From: Candidatus Magasanikiibacteriota bacterium | GTDB lineage: Bacteria; Patescibacteriota; Patescibacteriia; Magasanikbacterales; UBA922 | Direction: 5' to 3' | Assembly (NCBI GenBank): GCA_041665025.1 | Contig: JBAYJP010000004.1 | Span: 26,311 to 90,310, forward strand | Length of the DNA stretch: 64,000 bases | Shown: piece after piece, positions 36,317 to 48,600 of the stretch | How positions within the stretch are numbered: position 1 is the first letter of the stretch | Layout of the letters: every line of letters starts with the position of its first letter | Notes under the pieces: model-generated | What the model was told of the DNA's origin: nothing | Databases searched by the model: none | Seen by the model: the letters and a program-made list of their open reading frames with translations, nothing else | Position numbers and translations under genes: made by a program

Positions 36317-36353
36317 TACGAACTACGAAAGCATACGAAATTACGAACTACGG
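36317..36353. repeat. Family A left arm only
   Basis: tacgaactacgaaagcatacgaaattacgaactacgg just after the rpsP stop. Confidence 0.75.
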
Positions 36354-36506
36354 ATAGAATAGGACGACCTTTACAAATAGTTTGATAGAGAGAAAAGAAA
36401 TGCTTGACGCAGTAACAAGATTTTGATACTATAATTTCATTGGATTGGTACTGTAGTCGAACATACCATTCAAGATATTTATTCAACTGTAACTTTAAGA
36501 AACGAT

Positions 36507-36839
36507 ATGGCATCATATCAAGATCAAGAATTCCTTGAAGTAATTATCAAGGCAATCGTGAATAACCCAGACAAGGTAAAGAGCACTCGCACCGTTGATG
36601 AACGTGGCGTACTTATCACCTTGGATGTAGAGCCAACAGACATTGGATATGTTATCGGCCGCCGTGGCAACACTGTCCGCGCTATCCGAACCTTACTCAA
36701 GGTTGTCGGCGCAAAGAACAATGCACTCGTAAATTTGAAAATCAATGAACCAGAAGGTGGACGTCGCAGTACTCGTCCAATGGGTACTATGGGCAATGAC
36801 GAAGTCGACACAAGCGCAATTGATAATCTTAGCATCTAA
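36507..36839 (+). CDS. khpA: KH-domain RNA-binding protein KhpA (YlqC)
   Basis: DIGYVIGRRGNTVRAIRTLL; synteny with rpsP. Confidence 0.88.
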   Translation: MASYQDQEFLEVIIKAIVNNPDKVKSTRTVDERGVLITLDVEPTDIGYVIGRRGNTVRAIRTLLKVVGAKNNALVNLKINEPEGGRRSTRPMGTMGNDEVDTSAIDNLSI

Positions 36840-36853
36840 GATACATCATATTC

Positions 36854-36890
36854 AAAACCTCCCGTGGAAACATGGGAGGTTTTATTTTTT
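36854..36890 (+). terminator. Intrinsic terminator
   Basis: aaaacctcccgtg-gaaa-catgggaggtttt plus T-run. Confidence 0.8.
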
Positions 36891-36943
36891 TAGCATTGAT
36901 GACACTTAAATAAAAAACCTCTATATGGAAATAGAAGTTTTTG

Positions 36944-37017
36944 TGGGCGTGCCTGGAATCGAACCGGGGACCTCGTCATTATCAGTGACGCGCTCTAACC
37001 AACTGAGCTACACGCCC
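36944..37017 (-). tRNA. tRNA-Ile(GAT)
   Basis: GGGCGUG..AGCUCAGUUGGUUAGAGC; anticodon stem-loop CGUCA-CUGAUAA-UGACG. Confidence 0.93.
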
Positions 37018-37067
37018 TTTTTATGGGCTTTATAATACTAAATATATATAAAAAGATCAAGTTCTCG

Positions 37068-37141
37068 TGGACCCAAGTGGAGTTGAACCACTGACCTTCG
37101 CAATGTCAATGCGACGCTCTAACCAACTGAGCTATGAGTCC
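37068..37141 (-). tRNA. tRNA-Val(GAC)
   Basis: GGACUCA..; anticodon stem-loop UCGCA-UUGACAU-UGCGA. Confidence 0.93.
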
Positions 37142-37266
37142 TTCTGGTGTGTGTGAAAGACTAGCATATTATACTTAAAAAAAAATAAAAGTCAACAGTA
37201 TTGATTTTATTCAAAAAGTAAGATATACTGCCTATATTCTCATGATTATATTTATGATCATTTTTT

Positions 37267-37911
37267 ATGGTAAAACAAGACTCTTCAGAGATCGAAAAAA
37301 TTCAAAATGAAGAAGGGGTAGAGCAAATCAATAACCTTGATGAAATTCATGAAAAAGGCTTTCTCAATAAGGCCGGTTTGTTTTTTTTGGAAGTAATCAA
37401 AATTGTCGTACTCGCAGGCATTACTATTGGCTTAGTCAGGTATTTTCTCTTTAAGCCTTTTTATGTAAAAGGCCAGTCCATGGAGCCGACATTTTATGAA
37501 CGAGATTATCTTATTATCGATGAAATTACCTATAGATTTCGTTTGCCAGAACGGGGTGAAGTAGTTGTTCTAGATTCACCAGTCAATAGTGACCATTATT
37601 TAAAAAGAATTGTCGGAGTTCCTGGTGATCGTGTAAAAGTAGAGGAAGGAAAAGTTATTATATATAATGACACATACCCTCGCGGTTGGGTACTTGAGGA
37701 AGAATATGTGACAGAAAATACTCCGGGGTCTTTGAGTATCACGCTTGGAGATAATCAATATTTTGTTTTGGGGGATAATCGTGATGCAAGTTATGATTCC
37801 CGTCGTTTTGGTGCTATCAACCGTAGTGAGATTATCGGACGCGTATGGCTACGCGGATGGCCATTTAGCCGTGTGTCTACGTTTACCGTGCCAGAATATA
37901 CACAGAGTTAA
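37267..37911 (+). CDS. lepB: Signal peptidase I
   Basis: VKGQSMEPTF, YLKRIVGVPGD, YFVLGDNRDASYDSR. Confidence 0.95.
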   Translation: MVKQDSSEIEKIQNEEGVEQINNLDEIHEKGFLNKAGLFFLEVIKIVVLAGITIGLVRYFLFKPFYVKGQSMEPTFYERDYLIIDEITYRFRLPERGEVVVLDSPVNSDHYLKRIVGVPGDRVKVEEGKVIIYNDTYPRGWVLEEEYVTENTPGSLSITLGDNQYFVLGDNRDASYDSRRFGAINRSEIIGRVWLRGWPFSRVSTFTVPEYTQS

Positions 37912-37984
37912 AAGTTGTAAAGTTTTGTATATAACTTACAACATTATAACTTTATAACTTGGAACATTATAACTTTACGACTTT
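37906..37984. repeat. Family B tandem-inverted element
   Basis: agttaaaagttgtaaagtt ... aacttacaacattataactttataactt...aactttacgacttt; overlaps the lepB stop. Confidence 0.8.
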
Positions 37985-37997
37985 AATTATTTTTAGT

Positions 37998-39437
37998 ATG
38001 CCAAAGAAAATTGCAAAAAAAAATAGTGTCCGTCCAGTGAAGTCTGCTATGAAGCGAGAACATACCAAGAAAAAAGACCATGAACAATCACCAAAGGCTG
38101 ATAAGCAGAAAAAAGAAGAGCACGTACACAAAGGTGAAAGGGGATATGCGCCTTTGCGTGGTATGAAAGATATCCTGCCAAAAGATGGAAATGATTGGCT
38201 TGACATATGTCACGTGTCAGAAAAAGTAGCCTCTGCGTATGGTTTTTCGTATATGGAAACGCCTATTGTGGAACAGGCTTCTTTGTTTATACGTTCTATT
38301 GGAAAGGGAACAGATGTGGTGGATAAGGAAATGTATATATTTGATGATAAAGACGGAGGGAAAATTTGTTTGCGTCCCGAGATGACCGCGTCTATTGTTC
38401 GCGCGTATATTAATCACGGCATGCAAACATTTCCTCAACCAGTAAAAGTTTGGTACATGGGCCCTATGTTTCGGCATGATCGTCCACAAGCAGGGAGATA
38501 TCGTGAATTTCACCAGTTTGGTTGTGAAACTATTGGAGAGCACAGTCCGGTTGTAGATGCCGAACTTATTTCTGTTGCATACAATACGTTACGTGATTTG
38601 GGTTTGGAAACTTCTGTGCATATAAATAGCATTGGAACGCTCGAAGATCGATCCCGCTATATTGTTGAGTTGGTAGGGTATTTGAGAACCAAGCGAAGTT
38701 ATTTGAGCGAAGATTCAAAATATAGATTAACAAAAAATCCTTTGCGTATTTTAGATTCAAAAGACGAGCATGACCGCGCAGTATTGGAAGAGGCTCCTCA
38801 AATTATTGATTGGCTCTCTGATGATTCAAAAAAGTTTTTTACGAGTGTGCTTGAGTATCTTGATGAAGCAGAAATTCCGTATGTCTTGACCCCGACATTA
38901 GTACGAGGACTTGATTATTACACCGATACGGTGTTTGAATTTTATACCGAGGGGACTGAAGATGGGTCTCAAAGTGCACTGGGTGGTGGAGGAAGATACA
39001 ATGGACTTTCTGAACTGCTGGGTGGGCAGGCAACTCCGGGTTCAGGATTCTCTTTGGGTATGGAACGTATTGCTCATGCGGTGCGCGCTATGAGAAATGG
39101 AAATAACACAATACCAGACGGAGAAGCACCTATTGAACAAAAAAAGAAAAGCGGGATTTTCTTTGCCCATTTAGGGGAGCAAGCCCGAAAACGCACATTA
39201 TACCTCATTGAAGAATTGCGTCGTAATAACTTGACCGTACATCATAATCTGGCAAAGACTTCGCTCAAGACTCAGTTGGAATTGGCCAATAAATTTGGGG
39301 TGGAACATACGCTTATCTTGGGACAGAAAGAAGTACAAGATGGCACGGTGCTTATGCGCAATATGGATTCAGGCATCCAAGAAATTATTGACCAGAAGAA
39401 AATTGCCCAACATGTGCGAAAAATGCTTGGTTTATAA
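37998..39437 (+). CDS. hisS: Histidine--tRNA ligase
   Basis: RGMKDILP, DVVDKEMY, LRPEMTA, FRHDRPQAGRYREF, LVRGLDYY, GGGRY; start at ATG 37998. Confidence 0.96.
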   Translation: MPKKIAKKNSVRPVKSAMKREHTKKKDHEQSPKADKQKKEEHVHKGERGYAPLRGMKDILPKDGNDWLDICHVSEKVASAYGFSYMETPIVEQASLFIRSIGKGTDVVDKEMYIFDDKDGGKICLRPEMTASIVRAYINHGMQTFPQPVKVWYMGPMFRHDRPQAGRYREFHQFGCETIGEHSPVVDAELISVAYNTLRDLGLETSVHINSIGTLEDRSRYIVELVGYLRTKRSYLSEDSKYRLTKNPLRILDSKDEHDRAVLEEAPQIIDWLSDDSKKFFTSVLEYLDEAEIPYVLTPTLVRGLDYYTDTVFEFYTEGTEDGSQSALGGGGRYNGLSELLGGQATPGSGFSLGMERIAHAVRAMRNGNNTIPDGEAPIEQKKKSGIFFAHLGEQARKRTLYLIEELRRNNLTVHHNLAKTSLKTQLELANKFGVEHTLILGQKEVQDGTVLMRNMDSGIQEIIDQKKIAQHVRKMLGL

Positions 39438-39580
39438 TTTGACTTTTTAGTTTTTTTGTTATATCATTATAACACTTATTTACCACGTAAATAAAGGCAC
39501 TACGTAGAATTTTTAAATAGGTTGTGCCCTCTAAAAAAAGTAGGCAGAGGCACCCGTTCTACGTGGTTAATTAACACCTG

Positions 39581-39589
39581 AGGAGGTGA
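39581..39589 (+). promoter_or_regulatory. Extended Shine-Dalgarno AGGAGGTGA of rpsU
   Basis: 8 nt upstream of in-frame GTG 39598; partly inside a cacct/aggtg hairpin. Confidence 0.75.
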
Positions 39590-39597
39590 AACGTATT

Positions 39598-39831
39598 GTG
39601 TCGTCAGAAATAAAACGCAAAAAGAATGAATCATTCGAGGCGTTTATGCGTCGTGTAAAGCAACAGTGGCAGAGATCTGGCACCGTGTTGCAGGCACGCA
39701 AGGTTCAGTATTTCGAACCTCATAAAAGTAAGAATGTAAAACGAAAACAAACTGTAACGCGCGTCAGGCTCACGAGTAAGATGAATTATCTGCGCAAAAT
39801 TGGCAAGCTGCCAAGCGAGGATAAAAAATAA
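39598..39831 (+). CDS. rpsU: 30S ribosomal protein S21
   Basis: EIKRKKNESFEAFMRR...SGTVLQARK.QYF; rpsU-yqeY synteny; start inferred from SD spacing. Confidence 0.8.
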   Translation: MSSEIKRKKNESFEAFMRRVKQQWQRSGTVLQARKVQYFEPHKSKNVKRKQTVTRVRLTSKMNYLRKIGKLPSEDKK

Positions 39832-39843
39832 TTTTTTCAAGGT

Positions 39844-40287
39844 ATGTCATTATATGACACGCTGTTACAATCTCAGCAAGAGGCACGAAAAAATCATGAG
39901 CAAGAGCGGCTTTCAATATTGCAAGTCGCTCTTGCTGCAATTAAAAATGAAAAGATAAACAAACAAAAAGATTTATCCGATGCAGATGTTGTGTCTGTTA
40001 TTGGTAAACAGATAAAACAACTCCGTGATGCGCTTGTCGATTTTGAAAAAGCGCAACGCAGTGATCTCGTCGACAAAACAAAAAAGGAAATCGAATTATT
40101 GTCAGTGTACGTTCCGCGTCAATTGTCCGAAGATGAGATACGCCCTATTGCCAAAGAAGTTATTTCTGCATTGCCACCCGGAAGCACTCCTAATTTTGGT
40201 AGTGTGATGGGTATGGTGATGCAAAAAGTTAAGGGTCAGGCAGACGGCGCGACCGTACAAAAAATTGTTAAAGAGTTACTCGTATAA
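39844..40287 (+). CDS. GatB/YqeY domain protein
   Basis: AAIKNEKI, KQIKQ, YVPRQLSEDE, GSVMGMVM.KVKGQADG. Confidence 0.9.
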   Translation: MSLYDTLLQSQQEARKNHEQERLSILQVALAAIKNEKINKQKDLSDADVVSVIGKQIKQLRDALVDFEKAQRSDLVDKTKKEIELLSVYVPRQLSEDEIRPIAKEVISALPPGSTPNFGSVMGMVMQKVKGQADGATVQKIVKELLV

Positions 40288-40288
40288 T

Positions 40289-40358
40289 ATGTACGAAATT
40301 CGAAAGCTACGAAACATACGAAATTTCGGACCTTTCGCAACTTTCGAATTTCGTACAT
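40289..40358. repeat. Family A tandem-inverted element
   Basis: atgtacgaaattcgaaagctacgaaa ... tttcgcaactttcgaatttcgtacat. Confidence 0.92.
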
Positions 40359-40387
40359 AATTTAATTCAGAGTCTAAGGTTTTTCCC

Positions 40388-42622
40388 ATGCTCCCTTGGA
40401 TTCGTTCATCTATACATATATATAAGAAGGCTGTCTTGTCAGTCTGTTTTTTCGTACTAATTTTTGTTGGAATTGGTTTTAATTTCACATCTCATGTTGC
40501 GTATGCACAAGAAGATACGCTTGGTATTGATGTAGTAGAAGACCAAGATCAGGGTAATATTGCGTTGGGGAATGCCGATATTAGAATAGTTGTGGTAAAG
40601 ATTATTCGCGTAGCTTTGGGGTTGCTTGGTATTGTGACCGTGGGTCTTATTGTGTATGCCGGATTTGTTATCATGCTGTCTGGGGGCAATGAAGAGCGCA
40701 TCGCCTATGGTAAAAAGATAATGATCAATGCAGTTATTGGGTTGGTTATTATTTTTTCAGCATTTGCGATTGTTCAGTTTGTTCTCAATGCATTGGGGGG
40801 GCGTACTCAGCAAGGTCCGCCCGGAGGCAGGCGTCCGCCAGGATTGCAGACGTTTTCAGGGAGTGGGGCACTGGGCAGGGTGGTGAAAGATCATTATCCA
40901 TTTCGCGATCAAAATGGGGTTGCGCGCAATACAAGTATTGTTGTTACCTTTGCATTGCCGGTAGATACATCTTCTTTTATTGAAAACAGCAATAACACCT
41001 GTTGGAGCGGGATCAATACCTCGGTGCCATGTGATGCCACTAATAATAGGCCTTATTTTGGAGATTGTTTTGACGCAAATAATGATGGAATGACAAGCTG
41101 GCAGACAGAGTGCGACCGTTTGAACACGTCGACAATTAAAATAGACACTCATGACAAAGTCGACGAGCGTACAGATAGACAATCAGATAGCGCGGGCATT
41201 GGAGCTGCCGCCCTTGCCTCGTATGATGTGGAGGGGAATGCCTATACCTTTGTATTTAAGCCATATGAATATTTGGGAAGTGCTGAGAGAGAAGTTGCAT
41301 ACACAGTTGATTTGGGCGAAGAAATAAAAAAGCAAGGCAAAGACGAGAGCATATTTTCGAGTTTATTTAATAAATTTTATACATGGGATTTTTCAACTGA
41401 CACACGCATAGACCTCGATCCTCCTCATGTAATAGATGTGTACCCCGCGTCTGGGACGACAGAGAAAAAAAATAATATTATACAAATTACCTTTGACGAA
41501 GCAATAGATCCTACGACCGTCCAAGGATATTATACGCCAAATCCAGCTAATGGCTTTGATAATATTTTGGTAAATACTGAAATTGGCGGAGCAGTGGCTA
41601 GTGTAACTGGCACATGGAGCATAACAAATGGCTATCGTACCATTGAATTTATAACAGACAATCCATGCGGGCAAAATAGTTGTGGAGATATGATGTACTG
41701 CCTTGAAGTTGACTGTACCGGACTGGCAGAAAATTGTACAAAACCATATCAGGCGCTTATTCGTACTGCGCAATCAACTCAAAATGCTGATGCGCCATTT
41801 GAGGCAATACCTTTTTCCGGTGTATATGATCTTGCGTTCAATGGTTTGGATAATATAACAAACGAACACATAGCTCCTGATGATCCGCAAAGACTTAATA
41901 AACAGCCAAAAGTTGTTACTCCCTCAAAAAAGGTTGTATATGATTCAGAAAAAAGAGTAGATAACTATTGGTGGGGTTTTAATATTATTAATGAAATTGA
42001 CCGGTCTGCTCCTTATGTTGAAGAGGTTGTCCCTGGAGTTGACGGTCAAGATGTTGCAGAGCGCGATCCGCTCTATATATCATTTTCAAAGCGCATGAAA
42101 TTGTCGACAATGGATAATGTAGAACTTAGAGAACACCCTGAGCGTGTGTGCTTTGACGCCGCATTTGATACATCGACACCAAAAGTCTGTCTTCAGGATG
42201 AACGTATGGACGACATTTGGTTTAAGGTCTTTTCAAATATCATAAATGACAAAACAAAGTCCGAAGTTCGACACCGAGATTTTGGGCCAAACAGCTTGGA
42301 TCTGTATTATTTTCCATCAGTACCAAGTTCAGTAAAGAGCGTAACTCAAAATTGTATTTACCCGGGTTATGGTCCATGGCAACAAAACAGATTGCCAAAT
42401 GGTACGACGCCATCGCCATGCTTAGTTAGCTATGATTCAAATGGAAATGTGACGAGTGCTTCTGGGTGTGTAAATGTATCTGCATCAGTAAGCACCACAG
42501 ATACCGGCTGTGCATATACGTATTTAGACATGACAAGTTCAAGTGATTTACGGCTTTTGAAGCCAGATGTTGCACAATGTCTTGGATATTTAACAACTCA
42601 GAGTGAGAGCCAATATCAATAG
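40388..42622 (+). CDS. VirB2/TrbC-like pilin domain fused to Ig-like (Big_5) extracellular domains
   Basis: IIRVALGLLG...YAGF..MLSGGNEERI..GKK...NAVIGLVII; HYP...VARNTSIVVTF, VYP...IIQITFDEAIDP. Confidence 0.8.
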   Translation: MLPWIRSSIHIYKKAVLSVCFFVLIFVGIGFNFTSHVAYAQEDTLGIDVVEDQDQGNIALGNADIRIVVVKIIRVALGLLGIVTVGLIVYAGFVIMLSGGNEERIAYGKKIMINAVIGLVIIFSAFAIVQFVLNALGGRTQQGPPGGRRPPGLQTFSGSGALGRVVKDHYPFRDQNGVARNTSIVVTFALPVDTSSFIENSNNTCWSGINTSVPCDATNNRPYFGDCFDANNDGMTSWQTECDRLNTSTIKIDTHDKVDERTDRQSDSAGIGAAALASYDVEGNAYTFVFKPYEYLGSAEREVAYTVDLGEEIKKQGKDESIFSSLFNKFYTWDFSTDTRIDLDPPHVIDVYPASGTTEKKNNIIQITFDEAIDPTTVQGYYTPNPANGFDNILVNTEIGGAVASVTGTWSITNGYRTIEFITDNPCGQNSCGDMMYCLEVDCTGLAENCTKPYQALIRTAQSTQNADAPFEAIPFSGVYDLAFNGLDNITNEHIAPDDPQRLNKQPKVVTPSKKVVYDSEKRVDNYWWGFNIINEIDRSAPYVEEVVPGVDGQDVAERDPLYISFSKRMKLSTMDNVELREHPERVCFDAAFDTSTPKVCLQDERMDDIWFKVFSNIINDKTKSEVRHRDFGPNSLDLYYFPSVPSSVKSVTQNCIYPGYGPWQQNRLPNGTTPSPCLVSYDSNGNVTSASGCVNVSASVSTTDTGCAYTYLDMTSSSDLRLLKPDVAQCLGYLTTQSESQYQ

Positions 42623-42628
42623 TAGCCT

Positions 42629-45600
42629 ATGAAACAACGCGCACGAACATGGTTTTTTGCTGGGTTATTGACCGCAGTATTTGTTGTTGGTTTTTTCGTG
42701 TTTTTTAATCCCGTGTTTGGCCAGGATACGCTTGGGTTGGATGTTGTGGAAAATGAAGGAGATATCGCGCTTGGTTCAGGAGATTTGCGAGTTACCATAG
42801 TTAGAATCATAAATATTGCGTTGGGTTTACTAGGTATTGTAGCGCTTGGCATTGTCCTGTATGGAGGATTTGTTTGGATGACTGCGGGAGGCAATGAAGA
42901 AAAGGTTGCGACTGCGCGTAAAATTTTAGTAAATGGCACCATTGGGCTTGTCATTATTTTATCTGCATGGACTATTACGTGGTTTGTGTTGAGTAAATTA
43001 ATTGAAGCCACTGGTGGCGGGGGAGGCACAACAGGAGGAGATCGTTGTACGTGTGCAGAACCTCCTGAGAGTGAATGTAGGAAAACAATTGAATGTCGAA
43101 ATTTTTGTACCAGATTTCCTTCGCAGTGCTGTAGCACAGATCATTTTATTGTAAAGAGCATCACACCAAGTACTCCGCAAACAGATCAAGAAATATTCAT
43201 GAATAATCCGGTCATTCGCGTGGTATTTAGTAGAGAAGTGGCAGGCAGTCCAAGCGATGCATTTAAAATTTACAAAAAAGAGGATGGTGGTGTAAACAGA
43301 GATGTCACACAAGATTTTAGTTTTAATTTTGATGGGAATGACACAATTGCTGAAGCCGAGTATGTACAAGGAACAGTGTGTGGCCAACACCAGGGGCATG
43401 ATGTCCATTGTTTGCTCGCAGGCGAATACGAAGTAAAAGTAGGTGATGTGCGTGACAAAGATGGCAACAAGCTTGAAGTCGATACTACATGTGGCAATTT
43501 TCCCAAAGATGCATTATTTAGGACAGGAGATGAAGCAGAACTTGCTATTGATACTCAAGCGCCAAATTTGTCTCAAGTTACCATAGATGGCGGAATTATA
43601 CCAAACGTGCGTTTGGTACAGGGCAGGACATATCCGATAGCGACCACTCTTTCAGATAATCGCGGAAATGCTTATGTACATTTGAATATATATAAAGAAG
43701 GAGACTCTGGAAATAAAATAAGGCAACATATCAATGGTCCTGCAGTATCTATTGGTTCTAGTCCCGCGTTTCCGTTCTTGTATGGTTTCAAAGTTCCTTA
43801 TACTTTAGAGGTTGGACAAACATATGTGGCTGAAGCAGTTGGTAATGACATAGACAATAACACGGTAACGAGCCAGCTCACCTTTAGAGTCATTCCTGTG
43901 AGCTGTGATAATGGCGAACTCGATCCTGGTGAAACGAGTCCTGATGTAGGCGGACCATGCGGAGGGGGAGATGGCGATGCGTGCCGTGTAGACACGGATT
44001 GTTCAAGTTGGCTTAAATGCTTAAATCCGAGTAATCAATTTTGTAGTGCTACAGATACAACATGCGTTTGCAGACCATGGCCATATATTACTGACGTAGA
44101 GTACATGAATGGAGCACAGGGTAATTGGATTACCATATTTGGGCGTAATTTTGGTTATGATCCAGGATTAGTAACATTTGACTATCCTGGTGGACAAAGA
44201 CAAACTGCACCGTTGGCGGAATGTCGGGCGAATGATGTGTGGGAAGACTCGTGGATTATTGCAGAAGTTCCAGAACAGATAACGCCTCAAGCGGCAAAAG
44301 ATCCAGCCCTTGAACTCAATGGAACGGACGCTTACGTGAGCGCACCTTTCAATATTTTTGATTGGGGATTTGAAGACGGTTATTTTTCCCTTGAGTTTTG
44401 GGTCAAACCACCCGCAAATGGAATAATACCTCATACATTACTCGCAGGTACGCAAGAGGGGGGTCAATTTGGAATATTTACTTCTTCAGATGATCTAGGA
44501 AGCGTAGAGGCATGGGTTAGAGATGCTGGGGGTGAATATAATATTGTAGTGGGAGATCCGGGACAACTACTGGGTAATGAGTGGAATCACGTCGTAATGA
44601 CTACTCAAGGTGTTGAAGGCGGAAGTGAAGTAAGATTATATATTAATCATAATTCTTTGGATAAAGAACCATTTACAAGCCAAGGTGCTGGTTTTGAATA
44701 TGTGGAAGCTGAGGAGTTTATTATTGGTTTTTTGGGAGATGATGACTATATGCGGGGCGCTATTGATGAAGTTGCCGTATATGCGGGCGTTTTGACCGAG
44801 GCACAAATAGTAGAACATTATAATGCAAAAAATATAGGAACCATTGAGTCTTATCGAACATTAGTAAACGCTATAGCTCCGCGCGCGTATTGGACATTTT
44901 CTAATTTCCAATCCGGGGATACACAGGTAACTGATATTTCTGGAAATGGATTTCATGGGACATATCATGGGGGTATAGAGGCAGTAAGCGGACCTTTTAT
45001 TTCCAATACGGCAACCGTTGACAAGCCTAGTATTTCTGTGACTACGGCTGGAACAGGATTTACGGATAACACGGACGATGATTTTGGTACTAGACTACCT
45101 TTATTTGAATATAATAGTATTCAGCGTCCGGGGTTATGTAGTGTCACGGTTCCGCGCGATATTGTTCATACATTAGCAGACGGCACTACAGTCACGACTA
45201 CTGCAGGATCGACCAAAGCTCCTCCTGATACGCCCATAGAAGCTGTGGGTAAAGGTTTTGGAAACGCGCGAGGATCTCTTAGTTTTGAAAGTACCAATGC
45301 CGCAGTTGATAGTTGGAGTGAAAATTTAATTTTGTCAGCTGTCCCTATCATGCAAGAGCAGAGGAAGGCAGTTGTGAGAGTTACTGCACCGTCTGGTCAA
45401 GTAAGTAATGGCATTCCTTTTTGGGTAAGTTCTCTTGCAGACATGTATCCTCCTATTATTGAAAGTATTAGCCCATCTTCAACTACAAAAGGAAGCTATA
45501 TTACTATAAAAGGTAAAAATTTTGGAAATAGCGGAATTGTTTATTTTAATACGGACGAAGATATTGGCTGTCCAGGCCAAGGTTGTTTTGCGAGTGCATC

Positions 45601-48600
45601 GTTGCCCGATTATTGCGAAGACACATGGAATGATAATCAAATAATTGCGAAAGTCCCGACAGATGGTTCGTTTATTTTCGGTAACTATCATGTTGTCGTA
45701 GTAAGAGATGACAACCTAAAAGGGGTAAGTAAAGTTGTCGAGAAAGTAACAGATGGAGATCCGCGGCCGAGTATCTGTTACCTTCAGCCGAGTTCTGGGC
45801 CAGCTCCATTGCCAGTGGGACAGTACTTGACCATAAAAGGAGAAAATTTAGATAAAAATGCTAGTGGCAGTGAAATATATTTTTGGAGTCCTCTCTCTAT
45901 TGCAGGAGACATAGCTACCTGGCTGCATACTACCACAAATGATCCAGGATCTTCACGAGTTGTCGAAGGAAAAGAGATCAGGGCATTTATACCTGTTGAT
46001 ACTACTGCGGGATTTACTATGATAACAGGTCCTATTGTGGTCAAGCCTATTGCAAGTAATGTTGTGAGTAATGAGATGATATACAATGTACGGGATTGCC
46101 GCGAATTTGGCACCGGGTCTCTGGTAGGATTTCAGTGTTGTCAGGAAGGTCGTGAAGCGGGCCGATGGAAAAGCAATGCGTTTGTGTGCGAGGGAGGCAG
46201 GCGTGAAGCTGGTTATGCGTGGAGATTTACATCTGGCAAAATTCCTGACAGATTTTTTGTACTGGAACAATGTCAGGACGGCACCATAGTTCCTTCACCC
46301 AGCCCTTGGGCAAACCGACCACAGGGGAATTCGGCATGTTTGAATGCTGAAATTGACTTGGTATTTAGTTTGCCTGTAAAAAAGAGTTCTATAGGAACGG
46401 GCACAGATTTTGAAGAAGGGCTCGACGGAAGCAATATAAAAGTTGAAACATGCGGAAGCGGACAACAAATAGATTGCAGCGCTTCTGCTGATGTTACCTC
46501 AGAATTCAGGCCTGCTTTTACAGAAACATCTGTTGCGATAGCGAGATATCGTGATCAAGATGGAGGTAATATTGATACGCTTACCCCCAATACCTGGCAC
46601 CGTGTTTCTTTGAAAGAAACGGTGACATCGGCCCATTCTGAAAATATACTTGGCGTCCAAGAAGAAAGAAATGAAAATTTGGTTGCGACCCGTCCGTGCG
46701 AAAGTAATGATGGTTCTTCCTTCGCCTTTTGTTTTGAGTTCAAGACTGGTGCTCCGGGTACTATATGTACATTGAAAGATGCTTTGATTGACCCGCCACG
46801 GAAGACGACCAATCTCTTGGGTGTCGTCCAAGATGATGCTTTTCCCCGTATGTATGATATTACACGGATATTTAACCCGGGAACTCCTGGATTGAATCCC
46901 TTGTATTATATGGTGAGAGGAGTAGCCAATCAGGAATGTACGACAATAAATGTAGATAGCAAGCCTTGGATCTGGGGCCCAACTGATCCTCCGGTAACAG
47001 GCTCTGTTCCTGCGACAAGTGAAAAGAGAGCCCGAGGAAGATATGTAAATAGCCGTGGTATTGCAAAAGCATGGGAAGACTGGCCGCAAGGGTATAATAT
47101 ATTTGCGACTACTCCTGAAAATGTGAGCAGTACCATTGTCGTGAGTAGGGAGAGCGACACTATTGAGAGGCTTACCAAGCTTCCTGATCCTACTATAATA
47201 CCCGCTGGTTTTGGACGTTCAGTTGAATTTTCTCCAGATGGCAATTATCTCGCCGTAGGTCATGATGTGGCACCTTTCATTTCTATGTACAGACGAAACG
47301 GTGACACATTTACCAAACTCGATATCCCATCAGGACCAACTCAGTGGATAGTAAGCATGGATTTTTCTTCGGATGGTGTGTATTTGGCAGTATTGCAGCA
47401 AATTCCCCCTTTTGTGACCATGTATAAACGAAATGGTGATACGTTTACCAAACTAGCCACTCCCAGCCCAAGTAATTGGTCTGGAAGTAGCAGAGGATGG
47501 ACTATTGATTTTTCTCCAGATACAAATTATTTAGCTATTGCTCAGGAAACCAGTCCATATATCACTATATATCATAGAAGCGGAGATACGTTTAGCCGAG
47601 CAAATGATCCAGACATTTTGCCCACAGGAAGTGGTAAGGGTGTGACTTTTTCTCCGGATGGAAATTATATGGCAACGTCTTTTGCCGTATCACCTTATTT
47701 AACTGTCTATAAGAGAAATGGTGATGCTTTTGTAAAGCTCGAAAATCCTTCACCTTTGCCGACAGATGGTGCTCGAGGTGGAATTGCATTTTCACCAGAT
47801 AGCAATTATCTAGTCTTGACAACCCACGGGTCGACAAACATTATGTTTTATAAGAGAAATGGTGACGCATTTACGAGGATAGCCGATAATGTGGATCAAC
47901 TTCCTCTCCTTGGCTTTCGCGTTGACTTTTCTCCGGATGGTTCATATGTGGTAGTTTCACATGGCTCTTTTTCTTCCACACCTTTTTTTAGCTTCTACAG
48001 GCGAGACAATGATGCCATTACCAAGATAAATACCTTTGTCCCATCAACACCGGTAAATGGCGCATCGGATGTGGCATTTTCTCCCAATTCACAATATGTA
48101 GCAGTGGCTCATACTATAACGCCGTTTTTAAGTATTTATAAAATAGCATATAGAATGGGTGCGTCAACGGTAGAAACTTTCGATACCACAGTGATTACCG
48201 CCACAAGTACGTTGCATATAGATCTTACCCATCCCCAAGTCGTAAGCAAATGGCCATCATGTATTGAGGCATGCGTAAATGCAGAAATAGGGGCTCAATT
48301 CAATCAGATAATGGATAAGACAACGTTTACTACTGATAATGTTCATCTATATAGGTGTAGTGATGAGACATGCACCGTCACGTCAACGGCGTCAATTAGC
48401 CCTGGCAGTCATGACGACAACATTCTTCGTTTTTATCCCCAAGGACTTCTCACATCAAGCACCTGGTATCTAGTTGAGCTAACTTCTGGAATCAAGGGTG
48501 TGAGCGGAGTAGATCCAAGCGGCAGGGCGTTACAAGATAATAGAGGAAAATCTATTGAAAGGACGACTTGGAAATTCCGTACCAAGCCATCATCTGAACC

